Assembly: GCA_016873475.1 (NCBI GenBank)
Contig: VGXI01000002.1
Coordinates: 1-60,847, forward strand
Reading direction: 5' to 3'
From: a bacterium
Lineage (GTDB): Bacteria; Krumholzibacteriota; Krumholzibacteriia; JACNKJ01
DNA length: 60,847 nt
Shown here: positions 8,688 to 19,128 of the stretch, one piece after another
How the letters are laid out: the number at the start of each line of letters is the position of its first letter
Numbering within the stretch: the first letter of the stretch is position 1
Notes under the pieces: generated by a model
Databases searched by the model: none
Told to the model about the DNA's origin: nothing
The model's input: the letters and a program-made list of their open reading frames with translations, nothing else
Translations under genes and position numbers: made by a program

Positions 8688-10007
8688 ATGCCGCGCATGC
8701 CAAGCCCCGCCCTCCTGGAGCGCCTGCGCGGTCGCCTGGGCGGCCGCTCCCTGCTGGGCGGCGCGCTGCAGCTGCTGGCCGGCCACCTGCTGCGGATGCT
8801 CATCCAGTCGGCCTACTTCATCCTCACGACACGCGGGCTGGGCGTGGAGGACTACGGGCGCTACACGGGCCAGCAGGCCCTGCTGCTCGGCCTCGTGCCC
8901 TTCACGAACCTGGGCTACCCGATCCTCGCCCTGCGCGAGGTGGCGCGCGACAGCCGCGGCCGCGCCGCGATCTGGAGCGACGGCCTGCGGGTCACGCTCG
9001 TCGTCGGGGGCGCCCTCTCGCTCGCGCTGGCGGCCTTCGGTCCCGCGCTCCTGCGCGTGGACTTCCCGCGCCTGCCGCTGCTCATGCTCGCCGTGGCCGA
9101 GCTCATCTTCTACGCGCTGATCAACCTGCTCAGCGGCATCATGCAGGGCGCCCAGCGCCTCGACCGCATGGCCCAGATCGAGGTGGCCCTGGCCCTCGCG
9201 CGGCTGGCCGCGGTTGCTGCCGTGGCGCTCGCGGGCGAGCTGCACCTGGCGAGCTTCGCCGCCGCACATCTGGCGGGCAGCGGGCTCTGCCTGCTCGCCG
9301 CCCTTGCGGTCCTGGGCCGCGGCTGGGCCTGGCCGCTGGCGCCCGCGAGCTGGCCGGAGATCCGCCGCCGCCTGCGCGACGGCCTCTACGTCGCGGGCGC
9401 CGCGGCGGGCCGCAACTTCCACGTCGGCCTCGACAAGATGCTGCTCCCCTCGCTCGCGGGCCTGGCTGCGGCCGGGCAGTACGCGGCGGGCTTTCGCGTC
9501 TTCGCCTTCGCCCTGCTGCCCGTGCAGGCGCTGATGTCCGCGCTCTACCCGCGCTTCTTCCAGCAGCGGCAGGGCTCCTTCGCCGGCAGCCTGGCGCTCT
9601 GGCGCCGGAGCGCGCCGCTAGTGCTGGCCTACGCGCTGCCGGTGAGCGCCATCGTCTGGGCGGCGGCGCCGCTCTTGGGCCCCATCCTGGGCAGCGAGTA
9701 CCCGGAGGCGCCACAGGTCCTGCGGGCGCTGATCTGGGTGCTCGTCCTCCAGGGGCTCTACCTGCCGCTGGGCGACGCGCTCTCGGGCGCCGACTTCTTC
9801 GGCTTCCGCAGCGCCTGCATCTTCGCGGCGGCGGCGGCGAACCTGGGGCTCAATCTGCTGCTCATCCCGCGGCAGGGCTGGCAGGGGGCGGTGATTGCCG
9901 TCTACCTCTCGCACGCGCTGCTGCTCCTGCTCTACGCCTGGGGCGCGCGGCGCGCTCTCCTGCGGGAGCGCAGGCAGGTCCAGGCGCAGGAGCGCCGGCA
10001 TGGCTGA
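8688..10007 (+). CDS. Polysaccharide flippase (Wzx/MOP superfamily)
   Basis: ORF 8661..10007. ATG 8688 follows GGGGAGGGGAG. Polytopic membrane protein with the typical oligosaccharide-flippase N-terminus. The start is uncertain by 9 codons. Confidence 0.8.
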   Translation: MPRMPSPALLERLRGRLGGRSLLGGALQLLAGHLLRMLIQSAYFILTTRGLGVEDYGRYTGQQALLLGLVPFTNLGYPILALREVARDSRGRAAIWSDGLRVTLVVGGALSLALAAFGPALLRVDFPRLPLLMLAVAELIFYALINLLSGIMQGAQRLDRMAQIEVALALARLAAVAAVALAGELHLASFAAAHLAGSGLCLLAALAVLGRGWAWPLAPASWPEIRRRLRDGLYVAGAAAGRNFHVGLDKMLLPSLAGLAAAGQYAAGFRVFAFALLPVQALMSALYPRFFQQRQGSFAGSLALWRRSAPLVLAYALPVSAIVWAAAPLLGPILGSEYPEAPQVLRALIWVLVLQGLYLPLGDALSGADFFGFRSACIFAAAAANLGLNLLLIPRQGWQGAVIAVYLSHALLLLLYAWGARRALLRERRQVQAQERRHG

Positions 10008-11214
10008 GTTGCGTGGCGCCGACATCGTCTGCGTCGGCTCGGCGCTCTGGGCGAGCCCGGCGCCGCTGAACGTCCACCACGTGATGCGGCGCCTGGCCAG
10101 CCGCAACCGCGTGCTCTACGTGGAGTCGCCGGGGCTGCGGCCGCCGGCTGCGCGCAGCGGCGGCGACTGGCGCAAGGTGGGCTGGCGCCTGCGCGGCTGG
10201 CTGCGCGGGCTGTCGGCGAGCCCGGAGGGCGTCTGGCTGCTCTCGCCGCCGCTGCTGCCCTGGCATGGCCAGGCCTGGGCGCGGGCGCTCAATCGCCGGC
10301 TATTGGTGGGGGCGGTGCGCCGGGCGATGCGCCGCCTGGACCTGCGCGAGCCGCTGCTGTGGGTCTTCCTGCCCACCGGCGAAGTCCTCGCAGGGGCGCT
10401 AGCCGAGCGCCTGCTCGTCTACCATTGCGTGGACGCCTACGCCGAGAACCCCGGCGTGGACCGGGAGGCGATCCTCGCGCTGGAGGCCCGATTGCTCGCC
10501 CGCTGCGACCTGGTCTTCACGACCTCGCCGGCGCTCCACGCCGAGAAGCGGCCGGTCCGCGGCCGCGCGCACTTCGTGCCGAACGTGGCCGATGCCGAGC
10601 ACTTCGCCGCCGGCGGGCCGGAGCCGCCCGCGCTGGCCGCGATCGGGCGGCCGCGCCTCGGCTACGTGGGCAACCTCGCGGGCTACAAGCTGGACATCCC
10701 GCTGCTCGCGGCGGTGGCCGCGGCGCGTCCCGACTGGCAGTTCTGCCTGGTCGGTCCGCGGGGCGCGGGCGATCCCGGCAGCGATCTCTCGGCGCTCGAG
10801 GGCCTCGCCAACCTGCACTGGCTCGGCCTCCAGCCCTACGCGGCCCTGCCGGCCTTCGTGGGCGCCTGCGACGTCTGCCTGATTCCCTTCCGCCTCAGCG
10901 CCTCCACGCGGGCCTCCTTCCCGCTCAAGTTCTACGAGTACATGGCCGCCGGCAAAGCCATCGTGGCGACGCCCCTGCCCGCCCTCGCCGACTACGCCGA
11001 GCGGCCCGCCCTCTGCCGCTTCGCGGCCGAACCGGCGGCCTTCGTCGCGGCGGTGGAGGCTGCGCTCGCCGAGGGCGCCGCACCGGCGCTGATCGCCGCG
11101 CGCCGCGCCGAGGCGGCGGCGCACAACTGGCCCGTGCGCCTGGCCGAGATCGAGAGCGCGGTGCTGGACGCCCTGGCGGCGAAGGCCGCCGGCCACGCGG
11201 GAGCGGCGCGCTGA
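10000..11214 (+). CDS. Glycosyltransferase (GT1/GT4-like)
   Basis: MAELRGADIVCVGSALW... starts at ATG 10000 inside ORF 9895..11214 and overlaps the flippase stop. C-terminal FPLKFYEYMAAGKAIVAT motif. Confidence 0.8.
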   Translation: MAELRGADIVCVGSALWASPAPLNVHHVMRRLASRNRVLYVESPGLRPPAARSGGDWRKVGWRLRGWLRGLSASPEGVWLLSPPLLPWHGQAWARALNRRLLVGAVRRAMRRLDLREPLLWVFLPTGEVLAGALAERLLVYHCVDAYAENPGVDREAILALEARLLARCDLVFTTSPALHAEKRPVRGRAHFVPNVADAEHFAAGGPEPPALAAIGRPRLGYVGNLAGYKLDIPLLAAVAAARPDWQFCLVGPRGAGDPGSDLSALEGLANLHWLGLQPYAALPAFVGACDVCLIPFRLSASTRASFPLKFYEYMAAGKAIVATPLPALADYAERPALCRFAAEPAAFVAAVEAALAEGAAPALIAARRAEAAAHNWPVRLAEIESAVLDALAAKAAGHAGAAR

Positions 11215-12389
11215 TGGCCGGTCTGCGCATCGCCCTCTTCTCCCGTTCGACGCCGGCGCACTTCGCCGCCGGCGGCATGGAGCGCCACACCGACCAGCTC
11301 GCGCGCGGCCTGGCGCGGCGCGGCCACGCGGTCACCCTCTTCACGACCGCGCTGCCGCCCGGTGGCGCGCCGGATGTCGAGGAGGCCGGCCTCGAGTTGC
11401 GCTACCTGGCCGGGACGCGGCCTGGCGTCTACGGTGGCGGCTACTGGCCGCGTGCACGCGCGGCCTTCGCCGACGCGCGGCGCCGGCGACCCTTCGATGC
11501 GATCCTCTCGCAGAGCGCGGGCGCCTGGGGTGTCCTCGATCTGCCGGCAAGCGCTCGCCCAGCTTGCCTGGCCGTGCTGCATGGGAATCCCCGCGCCGAG
11601 ATGGCGACTGCCTGGCGCAGCGCCCCCTGGCACCCGAAGACTTGGGCGCGGACGGCCATCCTCCTGGAGCAGCACTTCCAAACCCGCCGCCGGCTGCCGC
11701 AGTGCGCCGGACTGGTGGCCGTCTCGTCGGAGCTCGGCGAGCGCCTAAGGCGGGAGTTCCCCGGGCAAGTCCGGGGATTGCGCGTCATTCCCAACGGCAT
11801 CGCCATCGACGCCTATCGCCAGGCCTCGCCAGCGGAAGGTCAGCGGGTGCTCTACACGGGTCGAGTGATTGCCGCCAAGGGCGTCTTCGTGCTGGTCGAC
11901 GCCTTTGCCGCGATCGCCGGCGCCTACCCGGACGCCCGACTGCGGATCATCGGCGACGGCCAGCTCACGGCGCTCCGGCGGCGCGTTGCGCGGTGGGGAT
12001 TGACGGCGCGGGTCGAGATCGTCGGCGCCGTGCCTCATGCGCAAATCGCGGGCGAGCTGGCAGCCGGCGCGCTCTTCGTGCTGCCGACGCAGTGCACGGA
12101 AGGCCTGCCCCTGGGCATGCTCGAGGCAATGGCGAGCGGCTTGCCCGTGGTGGCAATTGCGCGCGGGGGCATCGCCGAAGTCCTTCGCGGGGACAACGGC
12201 GGCGTTCTCCTTGCGCCGGCGGCGGCCGATGCGCGCAGCTTGGCGCGCGCGCTCGGCGACCTGTTCGCAGCCCCCGCGGAGCGCGAGCGCTTGGGGCGGG
12301 CGGCGCGGCAGCGCATCGAGACGGCCTACAGCGAAACGGCGATGTTGGCCGCCTACGAATCCTGGCTCTGCGAACTAGCGGGCGCCTAG
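11214..12389 (+). CDS. Glycosyltransferase family 4
   Basis: MAGLRIALFSRSTPAHFAAGGMERHTDQLARGLARRGH... from ATG 11214 (TGATG overlap). EGLPLGMLEAMASGLPVVA motif. Confidence 0.88.
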   Translation: MAGLRIALFSRSTPAHFAAGGMERHTDQLARGLARRGHAVTLFTTALPPGGAPDVEEAGLELRYLAGTRPGVYGGGYWPRARAAFADARRRRPFDAILSQSAGAWGVLDLPASARPACLAVLHGNPRAEMATAWRSAPWHPKTWARTAILLEQHFQTRRRLPQCAGLVAVSSELGERLRREFPGQVRGLRVIPNGIAIDAYRQASPAEGQRVLYTGRVIAAKGVFVLVDAFAAIAGAYPDARLRIIGDGQLTALRRRVARWGLTARVEIVGAVPHAQIAGELAAGALFVLPTQCTEGLPLGMLEAMASGLPVVAIARGGIAEVLRGDNGGVLLAPAAADARSLARALGDLFAAPAERERLGRAARQRIETAYSETAMLAAYESWLCELAGA

Positions 12390-12512
12390 CCCAGCCCCGG
12401 AATCCGGCATTGTCTCCGGGCGAGGCTGCGGCAATACTGGGCGGCGCGGGCTCTCGCGCCGGTGACGCCGGCGCGCGCATCCCGACTCTCAGGCCCCTGC
12501 GGGAGAACGCCG

Positions 12513-13178
12513 ATGTCCGACACGCGCGAGGCCGGCTACTACGGCTATGCTCGCCCCGATGTGCTGGCGCTGATTCCTCCCGGCTGCCGCCGGCTGCTCG
12601 ATTTGGGCTGCGGACGCGGCGAACTCGGCCGCCGACTCCAGGGCCGTGACGGCGCCTTGCGAATCACCGGCATCGAGTGGGAACCGGCGGCTGCCCGGGT
12701 CGCTGCCGGGCACTACGATCGGGTGTTGGTGGGCAGCCTGGAGGGCGAGCTGCCACGCCTGGTCGAGGCGGGCGAGCGATTCGATCTCATCGTGATGGCC
12801 GACATCCTCGAGCACACTGCAGCGCCGGGGACGATCCTCGCCCAGGCGGCGACCTTGCTGATCGAGGGCGGGCACGCCGTCGTGAGCGTGCCCAACGTGT
12901 CCCACTACTCGGTCGGCCTCGGGCTGCTCCGCGACCGGTGGGACTATGCCGAGCGCGGCATCCTCGATCGCGGCCACCTGCGCTTCTTCACGCAGCGCAG
13001 TTTCCGGGAGCTTGCCAGGTCCGCCGGTCTCAGCGTCCTGCGCGAACGGCGCAACTACCGGCTCTGGGAGCGCCGCGGTCTGCGCCATGACCGATGGGTG
13101 GCGATCCCGATCAGCCTCGGTCTCCTGCGGCATCTCTTCGTCTTCCAAAACCTCTTCCTGCTGCGCAAGGGGGACTAG
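12513..13178 (+). CDS. Class I SAM-dependent methyltransferase
   Basis: MSDTREAGYY... from ATG 12513 after GGGAGA. RLLDLGCGRGELG SAM motif, DLIVMADILEH. Confidence 0.85.
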   Translation: MSDTREAGYYGYARPDVLALIPPGCRRLLDLGCGRGELGRRLQGRDGALRITGIEWEPAAARVAAGHYDRVLVGSLEGELPRLVEAGERFDLIVMADILEHTAAPGTILAQAATLLIEGGHAVVSVPNVSHYSVGLGLLRDRWDYAERGILDRGHLRFFTQRSFRELARSAGLSVLRERRNYRLWERRGLRHDRWVAIPISLGLLRHLFVFQNLFLLRKGD

Positions 13179-14353
13179 TGCCCCCGCGTCGGATCGACTT
13201 CCTCGCCTGGCGCGATGCAAGCAATGCCAGTGCTCGCTGTCGGGGGGAAGCCTACGCGGCGCCTCTGGCAGCCCTTGGCTGGCAACTCCGCTTCCGCGCC
13301 CCGGCGTCGAGCGGGTTGGCGCGCTGGCTCAACCCGCGCGGTGGTCCTCTGCGCGTTCCGGCGAAGCTGGCCTATCTTCTCGTCGCACTCGTGAGGCGCT
13401 TCGTGCAGATCGCCGGCGCGCGCGGTGCGGATGCGGTCGTCGTGCAGCGCGAACTCCTGAGCCTTGGTCCGCCCGTCCTGGAGCGCCTGCTGGGTCGCTG
13501 CCACCCCTGCCTGATCTACGATGTGGATGATGCACTGGATCTGACGCCTCCCCATCTGCGTCCGCTGGCCGGGGGTCTGCGCGACGCGGGCAAGTTGCAG
13601 TGCATTGCCGGCTGGAGCCGAGCTGTCGTCGCGAGCACCGACATCCTCGCCGCGCGCCTCGGACCGCTGCCGGTTCCGGTGCGCGTGATCCCCACTCCCG
13701 TGGACCTGGGTCGCTTCCCCGCTCCGACGCCGCAGCCGGCCGCACCCCTGCGCCTGGGCTGGTTCGGAACCGGCGGCAACCTGCACTATCTCGCCGCGAT
13801 CGCCCCCGCGCTGCGACGCGTCCAGGCGGAGACGGACTGCGAGTTGCTGGTCGTCTCCGAGTGGGACTTCGCGAGCCCGGGTCTTCGGGTGGAAAACCGG
13901 CGCTGGAGTCTCGAGACGGAGGTGGCCTTGCTCTTGAGTTGCCACCTGGGATTGATGCCGCTCGCCGACACGCCCTATGCCCGGGCGAAGGCGGGCTACA
14001 AGATCCTCCTGCACTGGGCGGCCGCGCGGGCAGTCGTCGCCTCGCCCGTCGGATTCAACGCGCAGCTCGTCAGCGACGGCGAGGACGGACTGCTGGCGGG
14101 GTCCGAGGACGAGTGGGTACGCGCGCTGCTTCTCCTTGCGGCTGACCCTGAGCTCCGGGAGCGTCTGGGTCGCGCCGGCCGCGTCAAGGTGGAGCGCGAG
14201 TTCAGCCTGACGGTGGCAGCGGCGCACTGGGCAGCGCTACTCGATGAGCTGGTGGGCGCGCTGCCCGGCCGCGGCGCTGAGGCCGGTGCGGTTCTTGCGA
14301 ATCGCCCGGCGCCGCCGAGGGCGCCACGGCGCCGGAGAGGCGGGCCGGCGTGA
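13178..14353 (+). CDS. Glycosyltransferase (GT1-like)
   Basis: GTG 13178 shares its G with the preceding TAG and is in frame with ORF 13094..14353. C-terminal GYKILLHWAAARAVVASPVG...DGEDGLLA pattern. Confidence 0.75.
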   Translation: MPPRRIDFLAWRDASNASARCRGEAYAAPLAALGWQLRFRAPASSGLARWLNPRGGPLRVPAKLAYLLVALVRRFVQIAGARGADAVVVQRELLSLGPPVLERLLGRCHPCLIYDVDDALDLTPPHLRPLAGGLRDAGKLQCIAGWSRAVVASTDILAARLGPLPVPVRVIPTPVDLGRFPAPTPQPAAPLRLGWFGTGGNLHYLAAIAPALRRVQAETDCELLVVSEWDFASPGLRVENRRWSLETEVALLLSCHLGLMPLADTPYARAKAGYKILLHWAAARAVVASPVGFNAQLVSDGEDGLLAGSEDEWVRALLLLAADPELRERLGRAGRVKVEREFSLTVAAAHWAALLDELVGALPGRGAEAGAVLANRPAPPRAPRRRRGGPA

Positions 14354-17300
14354 GCTTCGTTCTTCTCTACGAGTACGGCGATGCCGGCGGCCGCAGGATG
14401 GGCGGCCGCTGGCGCCACGCGCGCACGGCCTTCACGCTCGACCTGCTCGCGATCCCCTCGGTGCCGCAGGGCTTCTTCTGGGTCAAGACGCCCCCGCGCA
14501 GCGAGCGGGGCGAGGCGCACGCCTGCGAGCACCTGCTGCTCGGCAAGGGGAGCAAGGGCCGGGCGGTCGCCGCCCTCGAGGAGATGACCCTCAGCGCGAG
14601 CAGCGCCTGGACGGGTCAGCTCAGCACCGCCTACCACTTCCACACCCTGGCCGGCGCGGAGGGTTTCCGCCGCAGTCTCGGCGCGCGCCTGGACGCCCTG
14701 CTGCATCCCGACTTCAGCGACGTCGAGCTGCGCCGCGAGGTGGCCGAGCTGGCCGTGGTCGAGGAGCGGGGGACGGGCCGCCTCGCGCTCGAGGAGCAGG
14801 GCACCCTGCTCGCCGAGCTGACGAGCAGCAGCGAGAGCCCGAGCACGCCGCTCTGGACGGGCATCGCCGAGCTGCTCTACGGCCCCGGCCACCCGCAGGC
14901 GCTGAACGCCGGCGGGCGCCCCGAGGCGCTCTGGTCGCTGACGCCCGCCGCGTTGCGCGCCTTCCACGCCGAGTGCTACCGGCCCGCCGGCATGGGCCTC
15001 GTCGCCAGCCTGCCGCCCACGATCGCGCCCGAGCGCGCCCTCGACTGGCTGGGGGAGATTCTCGCGCGCGTCTGGCCCGGCCCGGACGCCACGGAGACGC
15101 CCGGCATCCAGGGCCATCGACTGCCGCCGGCCGCGCCGCAGACGGCGCCGGGCACGCTCGCGCTGCGGCCCTACGCGAGCATGAGCGCGGCGAGCCCGGG
15201 CCAGGCGGTCTTCGCCTGGCCCGCGCGCCTGGACCTCGACCCAAGCGAGATCTTGAGTGCCGAGCTCTTCCTCGACACCCTGGCCGGCGGGCCCGGCAGC
15301 CCGCTGTACGCCGACCTCGTCGCCTCGCAGAGCCGCCGGCTGAACACGGGCGCGAGCGCCGTCTACGGCTATCACAGCGACGAACCCGGCCATCCCTTGA
15401 TGATCGGCCTGGCGGGCCTGAACCCGGAGGGCCTGACCGAGGAGCGGCTGGCGGCGATCCGCGCGCTCATCGTCGAGCGCATCGCCGCCGTGCAGGCCTG
15501 GAGAGACGGCGACCCCGCGCTGCTCGCCTTCGACCGCGACGCGGCCAGCCGCCTCGCCGCCCGCGCGAAGGAGCTGCGCCAGGCCCTCGACCAGCCGCCG
15601 CAGTTCGGCTTCCGCCGCGGGCAGGCCGACTACTGGGAGGGCCTGATCGGCCTCGTCGAGCGCCTGCCGGGCGAGCGGCGCTCGCTGGTGCTCGCCGAGC
15701 CGCGGGCGGCGCTCGCGGCGGAGCTCGCCACCGGCGCGAACGGCTGGCGCGCGGCCATCGAGCGCTGGGGCCTGCTCGCCGAGCTGCCGCGCGGGCTGGC
15801 CGTGCGACCGGAGCCCGCGCTGCTCCAGGCAGCGGCGAAGGCGAAGCAGGCCCGGCTGGCGGCTGCCACCGCGGCGCTCGCCGCGGAGGCGGCGGGCGAG
15901 CTCCAGCGCGCCCTCGCCCGGCGTCGCGACGCGGCCGCGCGCGAGAGCGCGGCGCTCGCCGCCGCGGCCGCCGCTGACCCGATCCCCGAGTTCCTCCGCG
16001 AGCCGCCCCTTGGCCTGGACGAGGAGCTCGTCTACGAGGAGCGCAGCCTGCAGGGGGGGGTGCCGCTCGTCGTCTCGCGTTTCGAGTCGCTCGGCACGGC
16101 GACGCTCGGCCTCGCCTTCCGGCTCGACGTCCTGCCCGAGTCGCGCCTGCACCTGCTGCCCCTGCTCCCGGACCTCTTGACGCAGGCGGGACTCACGCTC
16201 GCGGGCGAGCGCCTGGACACGGCGGCGATGCAGGAGCGGCTGCGCCACGAGCTCAGCGCCTTCAACGCCAGCTTCGAGCACAGTCCCGAAACGGGGCGCT
16301 GCGAGCTGGTCCTGCGCGCCAGCGCGGCCGGGGAGGTAGAGCGGGGGCGGCTGCTCGTCTGGCTGGACGCCGCCCTTCGCCAACCGCGGCTGGACCGCGA
16401 GAACCTGCCCCGCCTGCGCGATCTGGCGGCCCAGGAATTCAGCCGCCTGCGCACGCGCATGCAGGCGGCCGAGGAGACCTGGGTGCAGGAGCCGGCGCTG
16501 GCCTGGCGCCTGCAGAGCGACCCCCTGCAGCTCAGCGTCGGCTGCTTCCTGACGGCGCTCCACCACGGCTTCCGCCTGCTCTGGTTGCTCGCCGATCCCG
16601 GCGACGAGCGCGACGCCGCCGCGCTCGCGGACTTCGTCGACGCGCTCGCCGGCCTGCCGGGCGAGCGGGCCGGGGTGGCCGAGGCCTGTCGGCGCGCGCC
16701 CGCCCTGGCGCCCGCGGCCTCGCCCGCCGCCTACGATCTGGCCGCGGAGATCCAGGCCGGTCTCGGCGCGCTGCTGCCGGACCTGCCGGCAGCCTGCCTC
16801 GCGGAGGACTGGACCCAGCTCTGCGCCGGACTGCGCGCCGACCTGCTCGCGTCGCCGGAGGCAGCGCTCGCGGCCCTGGCGGAGTCGCTCGCCGCGCTGC
16901 TCAGCGCCGACAACTGCCGCGCCTTCCTCGTCGCGAACGAGGCCGACGGCGAGGCCCTGCTGCCTGCGCTCGAGTCCTGGGTCGGGCGCCTCGCGCCGGG
17001 GCCGAGCCGGCGCACGCGCTATGGCGCCCGGCCGCGCCTGCGCGAGCGCTTGCGCGAGCGGAGGCCGGACGGGGAGGCGCCCCGCTTCGTCGGGCTCCTG
17101 GATCCCAGCGCGCGCACGGGCACCCTGCTCTTCAGCGCCCGCCTCGCTGCGCCCTGGAGCAGCGATCGCGAGAGCGCGCTGGACGCCCTGACTGCCCAGC
17201 TCTACGCGGGGGGCGGCGGCCACAGCCTCTTCATGCGCACCTGGTCGGCGGGCCTCGCCTACAGCAACGGCGTGCGCTTCCGGGCGCGCAGCGGCCTCCT

Positions 17301-17790
17301 GAGCTACTACGCCGAGCGCTGTCCCGACGTGGCCGAGACCCTGCGCTTCGCGGCGGCGGTGCTGCGGGAGGGCGCCTTGGACGCGGCGCGAGTGCGCTAC
17401 GCGCTCGCCGTGGCCTTCAATCAATCCCGGGCGGCGGGGGCCTACGAGCAGCGCGGCGAGGCGATGGCGGCCGATCTCGCCGACGGCGTTGCGCCCGAGC
17501 GCGTGCGGGCCTACCGGCGCGCGCTGCTCGCGCTGCGGGACGCGCCGGACCTGGCGGCGGCGCTGGCCGCGCGGCTGCCGGCGGTCTACGGGAGCGCGCT
17601 GCCCGGGCTCGGCCGGCCGCTGGCCGATGGCCGCGAGGGCGTCTTCTTCCTGATCGGACCGGAGGCGCAGTTCGCCGCGCTCGAGGCGCTGCTCGCCGCG
17701 GAGGCGGCGCCCGGGGCGCCGCCGGGCGTCGAGCGCCTATACCCGCGGGAGTTCTGGCTCGTCAGTAGCCGGCCGGCAGACGGTAGCTGA
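14350..17790 (+). CDS. Large M16 (insulinase/PreP-like) metallopeptidase-family protein
   Basis: ORF 14350..17790 (1146 aa). GTG 14350 overlaps the preceding TGA (GTGA). Inverted zinc motif HxxEH present as HACEHLLLGKGSKG. Confidence 0.75.
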   Translation: MSFVLLYEYGDAGGRRMGGRWRHARTAFTLDLLAIPSVPQGFFWVKTPPRSERGEAHACEHLLLGKGSKGRAVAALEEMTLSASSAWTGQLSTAYHFHTLAGAEGFRRSLGARLDALLHPDFSDVELRREVAELAVVEERGTGRLALEEQGTLLAELTSSSESPSTPLWTGIAELLYGPGHPQALNAGGRPEALWSLTPAALRAFHAECYRPAGMGLVASLPPTIAPERALDWLGEILARVWPGPDATETPGIQGHRLPPAAPQTAPGTLALRPYASMSAASPGQAVFAWPARLDLDPSEILSAELFLDTLAGGPGSPLYADLVASQSRRLNTGASAVYGYHSDEPGHPLMIGLAGLNPEGLTEERLAAIRALIVERIAAVQAWRDGDPALLAFDRDAASRLAARAKELRQALDQPPQFGFRRGQADYWEGLIGLVERLPGERRSLVLAEPRAALAAELATGANGWRAAIERWGLLAELPRGLAVRPEPALLQAAAKAKQARLAAATAALAAEAAGELQRALARRRDAAARESAALAAAAAADPIPEFLREPPLGLDEELVYEERSLQGGVPLVVSRFESLGTATLGLAFRLDVLPESRLHLLPLLPDLLTQAGLTLAGERLDTAAMQERLRHELSAFNASFEHSPETGRCELVLRASAAGEVERGRLLVWLDAALRQPRLDRENLPRLRDLAAQEFSRLRTRMQAAEETWVQEPALAWRLQSDPLQLSVGCFLTALHHGFRLLWLLADPGDERDAAALADFVDALAGLPGERAGVAEACRRAPALAPAASPAAYDLAAEIQAGLGALLPDLPAACLAEDWTQLCAGLRADLLASPEAALAALAESLAALLSADNCRAFLVANEADGEALLPALESWVGRLAPGPSRRTRYGARPRLRERLRERRPDGEAPRFVGLLDPSARTGTLLFSARLAAPWSSDRESALDALTAQLYAGGGGHSLFMRTWSAGLAYSNGVRFRARSGLLSYYAERCPDVAETLRFAAAVLREGALDAARVRYALAVAFNQSRAAGAYEQRGEAMAADLADGVAPERVRAYRRALLALRDAPDLAAALAARLPAVYGSALPGLGRPLADGREGVFFLIGPEAQFAALEALLAAEAAPGAPPGVERLYPREFWLVSSRPADGS

Positions 17791-19072
17791 TCACGGAGAA
17801 GGGCGCGGCCTCACCTCTCGCCTCGTCCTCATCCTCGCTCCGCGCGCCCATGCGGATCTGCATGCTCATGTTGCCCGAGCTGGCGCTGAAGGAGCTGCTC
17901 ACCATCTGCGCCTCCTTGAGGACGAAGAGCCGGTCGCCGGTGACGATGATCTCGTCGCGCTCGGGATCGTAGTCGGCGGCGAGCCAGAGCCGCTGCTGGA
18001 AGCGGCCTTCGGCGTCGAAGCGGTCGAAGGGACCGACGCGGCCGGCGCGCCGCTCGCGGCTGCCGGCGGCCGTGCTGACCCAGAGGCTGCCGTCCGGCCG
18101 CGTGAGGAAGCTCTGGATCTGGCGCAGGTAGGGGCTGATCGTGGGGCGCGGTACGCTTTCGGGAATGCCGGCCTGGCGCTCCTCGATCTCGGCGATCTCT
18201 TCGCGGCTGCGCTTGATGCGCTCGCCGTCGCGGCGGATCAGGCGGCTCAGCGTGCCGTCCGCCGCGTAGACGCGGATCAGGTACTGGTCGTAGAAGGGCG
18301 CCGTGTAGACGCGGCCGGCGGCGTCCACGTCCCACTGGGCCATGAAGTCCTCGTCCTCGCTCTCGCCGCTGCCGAAGCGCAAGACGATGCCGCCGCCCTC
18401 GTGGAACTCGGAGAGCTGGCTGTAGGTCGCAAGCAGCTTGCCCGCCGGATCGACGGCGATCAGGCGCTTGCGCGTCTCCGAGCGCTCGGGCCCGGCGATG
18501 GGCGTCATCAGGGAGAGCACGCAGTGGCCGGCCGCGGCGCGGGCGCCGTCGATCATCGAGAAGGCGGCGCCCTCGACCCCCGGGACGTGCAGATCCGAGA
18601 AGCCCTCGCCGCCCGTGCCGAGCACGGCGATGCGCGAGGGCATCATCTGCGCGACACCCAGTCTGTTCTCCGGCAGCAGGAAGAGGTGCAGGCCGTTGAC
18701 GAACTCGCCCGGACCCTCGCCGTTGCGGCCCAGGCTCCTCAGGTACTCGCCCGTCGGTGAGAAGACGCGGATCTCGTGGAGCTGGGAATCGAGCAGGTAG
18801 CTCACTCCCGCATCGTCGACGACGATCTCGGTGACGCGGCCGAAGACCTCGCTGTCGTCGGCGTCTTCCTCGGCGCCGAGATGCCACAGGAGCATCGGCT
18901 CGAGCGTGATCTCACCGGCCGCGGGCGCGGCGGGGTTCCTCACCAGCTCCACCCCGGCTTCGCTGCCGACGCTGCCTTGCCAGGCGGCGCCGGCGCGGAT
19001 CGTGAGGGAGCCGAGCAGCAGGGTGCCGAGACCGAGGCGCAGGGAGAGCGAGAGGCAATTGCGCAGGGGCAT
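17762..19072 (-). CDS. Secreted 6-bladed beta-propeller (NHL/TolB-like) protein
   Basis: MPLRNCLSLSLRLGLGTLLLGSLT... signal peptide from ATG 19072 inside ORF 17762..19906. Repeated propeller-like segments. The 3' end overlaps the M16 gene by 29 nt. Confidence 0.7.
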   Translation of the reverse strand: MPLRNCLSLSLRLGLGTLLLGSLTIRAGAAWQGSVGSEAGVELVRNPAAPAAGEITLEPMLLWHLGAEEDADDSEVFGRVTEIVVDDAGVSYLLDSQLHEIRVFSPTGEYLRSLGRNGEGPGEFVNGLHLFLLPENRLGVAQMMPSRIAVLGTGGEGFSDLHVPGVEGAAFSMIDGARAAAGHCVLSLMTPIAGPERSETRKRLIAVDPAGKLLATYSQLSEFHEGGGIVLRFGSGESEDEDFMAQWDVDAAGRVYTAPFYDQYLIRVYAADGTLSRLIRRDGERIKRSREEIAEIEERQAGIPESVPRPTISPYLRQIQSFLTRPDGSLWVSTAAGSRERRAGRVGPFDRFDAEGRFQQRLWLAADYDPERDEIIVTGDRLFVLKEAQMVSSSFSASSGNMSMQIRMGARSEDEDEARGEAAPFSVISYRLPAGY

Positions 19073-19128
19073 CGCCGTCCTCCAGGCAGGGTTTTGGGGG
19101 GAAGCGCCGGAGTGCGAGCCAACGCGAA

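Noticed and set aside
13996-17424. 1142-aa minus-strand ORF
   Set aside because: It is antisense to the M16-like gene and the last glycosyltransferase. It has no motifs and a biased Arg/Ala/Gly composition.
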